Assembly: GCA_044235095.1 (NCBI GenBank)
Contig: JBIIIC010000014.1
Span: 2,382 to 66,381 of the forward strand
From: Prochlorococcaceae cyanobacterium
GTDB lineage: Bacteria; Cyanobacteriota; Cyanobacteriia; PCC-6307; Cyanobiaceae
DNA: 64,000 bases
Reading direction: 5' to 3'
The first letter of the stretch is position 1. Each line of letters begins with the position of its first letter. Below are positions 58,361-64,000 of the stretch, in pieces. The translations under genes and the position numbers were made by a program. The notes below the pieces were generated by a model, which saw nothing but the letters and a program-made list of their open reading frames with translations, was not told where the DNA came from and ran no database searches.

Positions 58361-60241
58361 ATGCGCCGTTCACTCGCAGCTCTGGCCCTAGCGGTGGTGT
58401 TGCCGATGCCGGCCCTGATGGGCGGCAAGGTGCACGCCGATGTGGTGGTGAAGCCCGGTGAAACGCTCTCTGAAATCGCCGATCGCCATGGGGTGAGCCT
58501 CACCCGGCTGATGCAGGCCAACGGCATCGCCAACCCCGACCTGGTGGTGGCTGGCACGCGCCTGGTGCTTCCGGGCAGTGGCGCCAGCAGCGGCAATCGC
58601 GGCAGCTCAGGCAGGAGTGGCGGCACCGTCACGGTGCAACCGGGCGACACCCTGTCCGACATCGCCGCCCGCCATGGGATGAGCGTGAACCGACTCATGC
58701 AGGTCAACGGCATCACCAACCCCGATCTGGTGGTGGCTGGCACGCGCCTGGTGGTGAATGGCGGCAGCGGCGGCACCGGCAGACGCACCGCCGCAGCACC
58801 GGCCCCATCCCTGCCCACCGCCCCCTACACCGTGAAGAGTGGGGAAACGCTCTCGGAGATCGCCGATCGCTTCGGAACAACCACCGATCGCCTGATCCAG
58901 CTCAACCGCATCAGCAACCCCAACCTGGTGGTGGCAGGCACCCGTCTGGCGGTCCCGGGGCGCCCCGCAGCAACGCCCCGCAGCTCCGGCTCGGCCAGCA
59001 GCGCCAAACCCCAGAAACATGTGGTGCAGGAAGGTGAGAGCCTCTCGGCCATCGCCGATCGCTACGGCATGAGCGTGGACCGGCTAATCGCCATCAACGC
59101 CATCAGCGACCCCGACCTGGTGTGGGCCGGCTCCCACCTGAAACTGCAGGCTCCGCCGGCTCCGAAACCGGCTCCGCGGCCTACCGCCCAGGCCAAGCCC
59201 AAACCCGCCGCAAAGCCGGCTGCGGCCAAAACAGCCAGCCCCAAACAGCCAGCCTCCCAGCCCCAGCTGACCGCAAGGCCGGCCACAACCGCGACAGCAA
59301 CAACCGCGACGGCCGCCACCCCGACCCCCAAACCACAGCCCCAGGCCCAGGCCCAGGCCCAGCCAAAGCCGCAACCCCAGCCGCAGCCACAGGTCCAGGC
59401 CCAACCCGTTGCTCAAGCGCAACCCGTTGTTCAAGAGCAAGCCATGGTCCAACCGGTTGCCCAGGCTCAGCCGGCACCCCGCCCCCAGCAGGCTGCCCAG
59501 GCGGCCGCCACCCCATCCCCTGTCGCCCGCAACGCCACAGCCACGGTGGCGTCAGCCTCAGCGGCCCCAGCCACAGCTGCCGCAACCGCAGGTTCCACAG
59601 CCGCAGGTTCCGCAGCCCCAGGCACCGTCCGCCCATCGATAGCGATGGCGACCACAGCCGCAGCCACCCCCACAACCAGGAGTACAGCAGCGGCAACCGA
59701 GCCGGCGGTGCGCTCCGTGGCCTCGGCCACAGGCCAGCCCAGCACAACCCTCTGGGCAGCCCAGACCACCACCAAATCCCAGGCCAGCAGGAGCATCACG
59801 TCTAGGTCCACTCCCACAGTCGCGACTGCAACCACAACCTCGACCACAACCTCGACCACAGGCGCTACCGCGACCGCAGCCACGACTGCAGCCGCAGCAA
59901 CGGCCAGCGCCCAGGCCACCCCCGCGACCCGAGCCGCCACAACCAGGCCCACCACGGCCGCCCCCAAGACATCCAGCAAGACCGCTACCAGGCCAGGCGG
60001 AGCCGAATGGCGCAGCTATGGCCCCCTGCAGGTCGACTGGTCGAACTGGCAACCGATGGGCGGCAGCTACGTGGCTCCCACCCTCAACGGTGATGGGCAG
60101 GCCCTTTATCTGGCGGTGAATTGCGGCGCCCGCAAGCTCAATGCCACCAGCCAGTCGGGCCAGTGGAAGAGCTGGGATTCCCCCCAGACCGACTTCGAGC
60201 AGCAGCTGATCGCCGACCTCTGCAAGGCCAAGGGCTCCTGA
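58361..60241 (+). CDS. Secreted protein with four LysM repeats, a long Ala/Thr/Pro/Gln low-complexity linker and a conserved C-terminal domain
   Basis: ATG at 58361 gives the signal peptide [21 protein letters not shown]. The four LysM units ([27 protein letters not shown]..., and so on) lie between about 58440 and 59150. Confidence 0.85.
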   Translation: MRRSLAALALAVVLPMPALMGGKVHADVVVKPGETLSEIADRHGVSLTRLMQANGIANPDLVVAGTRLVLPGSGASSGNRGSSGRSGGTVTVQPGDTLSDIAARHGMSVNRLMQVNGITNPDLVVAGTRLVVNGGSGGTGRRTAAAPAPSLPTAPYTVKSGETLSEIADRFGTTTDRLIQLNRISNPNLVVAGTRLAVPGRPAATPRSSGSASSAKPQKHVVQEGESLSAIADRYGMSVDRLIAINAISDPDLVWAGSHLKLQAPPAPKPAPRPTAQAKPKPAAKPAAAKTASPKQPASQPQLTARPATTATATTATAATPTPKPQPQAQAQAQPKPQPQPQPQVQAQPVAQAQPVVQEQAMVQPVAQAQPAPRPQQAAQAAATPSPVARNATATVASASAAPATAAATAGSTAAGSAAPGTVRPSIAMATTAAATPTTRSTAAATEPAVRSVASATGQPSTTLWAAQTTTKSQASRSITSRSTPTVATATTTSTTTSTTGATATAATTAAAATASAQATPATRAATTRPTTAAPKTSSKTATRPGGAEWRSYGPLQVDWSNWQPMGGSYVAPTLNGDGQALYLAVNCGARKLNATSQSGQWKSWDSPQTDFEQQLIADLCKAKGS

Positions 60242-60259
60242 TCCCGGGCGGGCGGCCCT

Positions 60260-61804
60260 TCAGGCTGCCCAGTGCAGGGGCCAGGGTTGGCGCAGAAAGC
60301 GTTGGCCCGACGGACGCAGGTAGAGCCGCTGGGAGCCATCGTCGCTCTCGCTGATCAGTTCCTCCTGCACCAAGCGTCGCGCCAGCCAGGCCCAGCGCTC
60401 CTCTTCCGAGCTGGCCGCCCCATCGGCCAGCTCGACCGTCAGGCTGCGCAGGTCGCGGCCGCTGCGCTCCTCCAGCAGCTCCAGCAGCCGGGCTGCCCGC
60501 TCCGACCAGTTGCGACGTCCGGAGCGATCCGCCTGGCACACGTCGCAGCGGCCGCAATCCGGCGCCAGCTCCCCTACCGCCAGCAGCAGGGCCTGCTCCC
60601 TGCAGCTGTCGCCCTCCGCCACGGCCTCCATGCGCCGCAGCTGTCGCTGGGCCAGCTCCAGCCGGGGCCGTTCCAACTCCCGCTGTTCCGGGCTGAGGGC
60701 CTGACCAGTGGCCCGGATGGCCCGCGCCAGGCTGAGGCGATCGGCCGGATCAAACAGCACCAGGCAGCGCGCCGGCAGCCCGTCACGTCCCGCCCGCCCC
60801 GACTCCTGCAGGTAGCCCTCCGGGCTGGCGGGCAGGTCGAGGTGCAGCACCAACCCCACGTCGGGCCGATCCACCCCCATGCCGAAGGCCACCGTGGCCA
60901 CCAGCAGCGGTCTGGGCTGCTGCTGAAAGTGCGCCAAGGCCAGCTGGCGGCTTTCCGGATCCATCCCGGCGTGATAGGCGATGGCCTCGATGCCGTTGGC
61001 CGTGAGCCGATCGGCCCACTGCTCCACCGAGCGGCGCGTGCGCGCATAGATCAGCACCGCCCCGCGCGCCGCGCTCACGGCATCCAGCACCTCAGGCAAG
61101 GGATCGGCCGGTCGCCGAGCCATGGCGTAGTGGAGATTGGCGCGCCGGGCTGAACGCACCTGAACCAGGGGACGCCGCAGCTGGAGCAGCCGAATGATGT
61201 CGGCCCGCACCTGGGGAGCGGCAGTGGCGCTCAGGGCCACGAGGGGAACCCCGGGGCAGAGGCTGCGGAGCTGCCCCAGACGCCGGTAATCAGGGCGGAA
61301 ATCGTGCCCCCAGGCGCTGATGCAGTGAGCCTCATCCACCGCAAGGGCCACCAGCCTGCCGCTCTCGAGCACCTCGTCGAGCAGCTGGCGGGTGGCCTCG
61401 CCCTGCAGGCGCTCAGGGGCCAGATAGAGCAGCCGCAACCGGTTGTCGGCCAGTCGCCGCAGGAGCTGCTGGCGTTCAGAAGCAGGCAGTCCCCGGTGCA
61501 GGCAGGCGGCCGGAATGCCCCGGCGTTGCAGCTGGCCCACCTGATCCTGCATCAGGGCCACCAGTGGGGACACCACCAGCACCAGGCCCTCGCGCACAAG
61601 CGCCGGCAGCTGATAGCAGAGCGACTTGCCACCGCCGGTGGGCAGCACCGCGAGGCAGTCGCGGCCTTCCAGCAGGGCCTCCACCACCGGCCGCTGACCG
61701 GGACGGAAGCGATCCCAGCCGAAGTGCCGCTGGAGAGCCTGCTCGAGCGAATCGGGCACGAAGCAGACACCACCAGTAGCGATCGCCCAGGGTAGCGGCC
61801 CCAC
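60260..61804 (-). CDS. recQ: RecQ-family ATP-dependent DNA helicase (short form, no HRDC domain seen)
   Basis: LPTGGGKSLCYQLPAL, DEAHCISAWGHDFRPDY, SATA and GRAGRDG motifs, plus a zinc-binding CGRCDVC. GTG start at 61804 (a downstream GTG is also possible). Confidence 0.9.
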   Translation of the reverse strand: MGPLPWAIATGGVCFVPDSLEQALQRHFGWDRFRPGQRPVVEALLEGRDCLAVLPTGGGKSLCYQLPALVREGLVLVVSPLVALMQDQVGQLQRRGIPAACLHRGLPASERQQLLRRLADNRLRLLYLAPERLQGEATRQLLDEVLESGRLVALAVDEAHCISAWGHDFRPDYRRLGQLRSLCPGVPLVALSATAAPQVRADIIRLLQLRRPLVQVRSARRANLHYAMARRPADPLPEVLDAVSAARGAVLIYARTRRSVEQWADRLTANGIEAIAYHAGMDPESRQLALAHFQQQPRPLLVATVAFGMGVDRPDVGLVLHLDLPASPEGYLQESGRAGRDGLPARCLVLFDPADRLSLARAIRATGQALSPEQRELERPRLELAQRQLRRMEAVAEGDSCREQALLLAVGELAPDCGRCDVCQADRSGRRNWSERAARLLELLEERSGRDLRSLTVELADGAASSEEERWAWLARRLVQEELISESDDGSQRLYLRPSGQRFLRQPWPLHWAA

Positions 61805-61806
61805 CC

Positions 61807-62925
61807 CTAGGGCATCGGAGGCGGCGCCAGCTGATCAGGCGACTCCTCCACCAGCTGCAGCCTCACCCGCTTGCCGCCGGCCAGCTCCCCCAGCGACACC
61901 CTCAGGGTGCTGCCGCTCAGCGACTGCAGGGCCGTGAGCAACTCGCGCAGGTGGGGGGTACTGCTGCCGCTCTCCACCCACAGGCGCTCCTGCAGGCCAC
62001 CCAGCCTGCGCCAGCTGGTGTGCAGCTTGAGCACGGCAGCCTCGAGTGCCTGGGCCTGGCCCACGGCATCGGCCAGCAGGCCAAGGGCATCAAGGCGCTG
62101 GGCCTCCTGCAGGGCCTTGTCGAAATCGAGTTGGTCGTACTGGAAAGCGCGCACCGCCAGCGCCGCCTCGGCCGCCTTGCTCAGCCAACGGGCCGTGTGG
62201 GTCACATCGCGCACCCGCTCCAGCTCGGGCTCCTCGCGCAGCACCTTGCGCAGGTCATCCTGCTGGTCCTCCGGCAGCTTGGCCAGTTCCTTCACCAGCG
62301 GAGCCACCGCTCTCGGCGGCAACAGGTTTTCGGCGGTGCGCTGGCGGATCTCCTCGGGCAGCAGCGGACTGGTGGCCGCCGTGAATTCATCGGCCAAACG
62401 CCGAACCTGCTTGCGGGTGATCTCCTGGCCCTCGTTGGCCGCCTCGGCGATCATCTGCTGAACCTCCGGATCGGCCTGGGCCGTTTCCAGAAAGGCCCGC
62501 TTGGAGAAGAGGTTCACGCTGGCCTCCTGCAGCAACCCATCCCCCACCAGTGCATCGGCCGACTCAGCCAGCTGGATCAGGGTGTAGGCGCGGGTCTTGC
62601 TGATCTCCCGCTCCCTGAGCCACTGCAGGAATCCGGTGCCGCGCCCCTCGCCGCCGCGTTTCTCGCGATCGCGCACGGCCCGGAGGATCCGGCCCCGCCA
62701 GATCTCGGTCTGCAGGTCGAAGCGGTCGCAGACCGCCCAGGCCTCTTCAAGCCGGGCCAGAAACTCCATCGTGCTGATGGTGTCGCTGTCGGGATCGGGG
62801 AGCTCCAGATTGAGCACGGGCGGGGCCGTTGCCTCCAGGGAAGCCATCGACACGGGCAGCAGCGGGCGAACCGCCGCGATGCTCCCACGGGCCCAGCCGC
62901 CTGGCGCCGTTTCTAGGAGTTCCAC
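61807..62925 (-). CDS. Hypothetical helical protein, tightly coupled upstream of recQ
   Basis: 372-aa ORF (alternative ATG 62847). Its stop lies 2 nt before the recQ start. No family recognised. Confidence 0.55.
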   Translation of the reverse strand: MELLETAPGGWARGSIAAVRPLLPVSMASLEATAPPVLNLELPDPDSDTISTMEFLARLEEAWAVCDRFDLQTEIWRGRILRAVRDREKRGGEGRGTGFLQWLREREISKTRAYTLIQLAESADALVGDGLLQEASVNLFSKRAFLETAQADPEVQQMIAEAANEGQEITRKQVRRLADEFTAATSPLLPEEIRQRTAENLLPPRAVAPLVKELAKLPEDQQDDLRKVLREEPELERVRDVTHTARWLSKAAEAALAVRAFQYDQLDFDKALQEAQRLDALGLLADAVGQAQALEAAVLKLHTSWRRLGGLQERLWVESGSSTPHLRELLTALQSLSGSTLRVSLGELAGGKRVRLQLVEESPDQLAPPPMP

Positions 62926-63014
62926 GCCTGGCGACGAATCGTGACGCGCCCTGCATCTGACGGCTGTGATCCGGGTATCTTCCCTCTGGCAGCCACCCGA
63001 TCTACAGCGCAGCG

Positions 63015-63224
63015 ATGGCCATCTCCCGCGGCGACAAAGTGCGCATCAAGCGCCCTGAGTCCTACTGGTTCAACGAAGTCGGCACTGTCGCCTCGATCGA
63101 CACCTCCGGCATCCGCTACCCCGTGGTGGTGCGCTTTGAAAAGGTGAACTACAACGGCTACAGCGGCTCCGAGGGCGGCATCAACACCAACAACTTCGCC
63201 GAGAGCGAGCTCGAGAAGGCCTGA
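63015..63224 (+). CDS. psaE: Photosystem I reaction centre subunit IV
   Basis: [51 protein letters not shown] is canonical PsaE. Confidence 0.97.
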   Translation: MAISRGDKVRIKRPESYWFNEVGTVASIDTSGIRYPVVVRFEKVNYNGYSGSEGGINTNNFAESELEKA

Positions 63225-63263
63225 ACCTCAAGCCGCCTTCCGGCAAGCCCACAGCATTCTCTT

Positions 63264-63297
63264 CCCCTGGCTTGCCTGGCAAGCCAGGGGTTTTGGT
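63264..63297 (+). terminator. Rho-independent terminator of psaE
   Basis: CCCCTGGCTTGCC/GGCAAGCCAGGGG inverted repeat followed by TTTTGGTT. Confidence 0.75.
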
Positions 63298-63335
63298 TAT
63301 GGCAACCTGGCGAGTCACCTGCCGCCAGCCGCTCC

Positions 63336-64000
63336 GTGCCGGAACTGCCCGAAGTGGAAACCGTGCGCCGCGGACTGGAGCAGCGCACCGGCGGCTACAG
63401 GATTGAGCGGGTGCAGGTTCACCGCGCCCGAGCGATCGCCCATCCACCTGAGCCGGAAGCGTTCTGCCAGGCCCTCAGCAGCTGCCAGGTGGGCGTCTGG
63501 AGCCGACGCGGCAAATACCTGATCGCCAGCCTGCAGCGCAACGGTGAGCACGCTGGCCACTGGGGCGTGCACCTGCGCATGACCGGCCAATTTCTCTGGC
63601 TCGAGCAGCCCCGGCCCGTGTGCGCGCACACGCGGGTGCAGCTCTGGAACGCCCAGGGCCAGGAACTGCGCTTCGTGGACACCCGCAGCTTCGGCCAGAT
63701 GTGGTGGGTGCCACCCTCATCACCCGTTGACAGCGTGATCACGGGCCTGCGGAAACTCGGCCCTGAACCCTTCAGCGACGCCTTCAACGCCTGCTATCTG
63801 CGGAACAGGCTCAAGGGCTCCCAGCGTCCGATCAAGAACGCCTTGCTCGATCAGGCCCTGGTGGCCGGTGTGGGCAACATCTATGCCGATGAGTCGCTGT
63901 TTGCCGCCGGAATCCGCCCCCACACCCCCAGTGGCCGGGTGAGCATGGCCCAGCTTGAAACGCTGCGCTCAGCCCTGGTGGAGGTGCTGGAGCGCAGCAT
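63336..64000 (+). CDS. mutM: Formamidopyrimidine-DNA glycosylase; the 3' part runs off the window end
   Basis: GTG at 63336 followed by PELPEVETVRRGLE, the invariant Fpg N-terminus. The frame is open to the window end, so it is absent from the ORF track. Confidence 0.9.
   Translation, partial: MPELPEVETVRRGLEQRTGGYRIERVQVHRARAIAHPPEPEAFCQALSSCQVGVWSRRGKYLIASLQRNGEHAGHWGVHLRMTGQFLWLEQPRPVCAHTRVQLWNAQGQELRFVDTRSFGQMWWVPPSSPVDSVITGLRKLGPEPFSDAFNACYLRNRLKGSQRPIKNALLDQALVAGVGNIYADESLFAAGIRPHTPSGRVSMAQLETLRSALVEVLERS

Noticed and set aside
59300-59480. Short periodic repeats that might be mistaken for a CRISPR or minisatellite array
   Set aside because: They are in frame within the LysM protein linker and encode PQ/AQ-rich peptide. 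There is no repeat-spacer architecture and there are no cas genes.

Overview
Very GC-rich window that I read as a picocyanobacterial chromosome of the Synechococcus/Cyanobium type. Supporting evidence is psaE, pipX-pipY, sepF, a cbiQ-der neighbourhood, a tRNA-Tyr/tRNA-Thr pair, and frequent GCGATCGC (HIP1) palindromes. Many long ORFs in the track are antisense or alternative-frame artefacts of the high GC content. I called genes by recognisable motifs, start/stop coupling and context.

The window splits into three parts:
- 1-7.5 kb, ordinary genes: TSUP permease, POR-like SDR, PilZ protein, P-type ATPase, ppk.
- About 7.5-33.5 kb, an accessory block with a complete bidirectional [NiFe] hydrogenase system: hoxEFUY, hoxH, hoxW and hypABCDEF, with pyruvate:ferredoxin oxidoreductase nifJ.
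- 33.6-64 kb, core-type genes: gluQ, hup, glgX, tRNA-Gly, MFS, mlaE-like, plsY, proC, sepF, pipY/pipX, cbiQ-like, der, acetolactate decarboxylase, dus, cobI, mtnD, miaE, aroQ, two tRNAs, a two-component pair, an aldehyde dehydrogenase, a LysM protein, recQ, psaE and mutM.

The most unusual observations are all in the hydrogenase block:
- hoxH is separated from hoxEFUY by about 4.7 kb. That stretch holds a TolC gene, an HlyD / small-membrane-protein / FUSC-like efflux module and a minimal TVGYGD K+ channel. The module is start/stop-coupled on the hoxH strand, so the catalytic subunit looks co-transcribed with it.
- nifJ and a dihydroorotate-dehydrogenase-like gene lacking the class-1 Cys motif lie inside the hyp maturation operon. 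Four of the six junctions are ATGA overlaps.
- A HEPN/nucleotidyltransferase (HepT/MntA-type) pair lies after hypA. It is bracketed by a 33-nt imperfect direct repeat that copies the hypA 3' end.
- Three tandem 12-mers lie upstream of hoxE.

I saw no CRISPR array, rRNA, integrase or transposase. All family assignments come from motif recognition by eye, not database searches.
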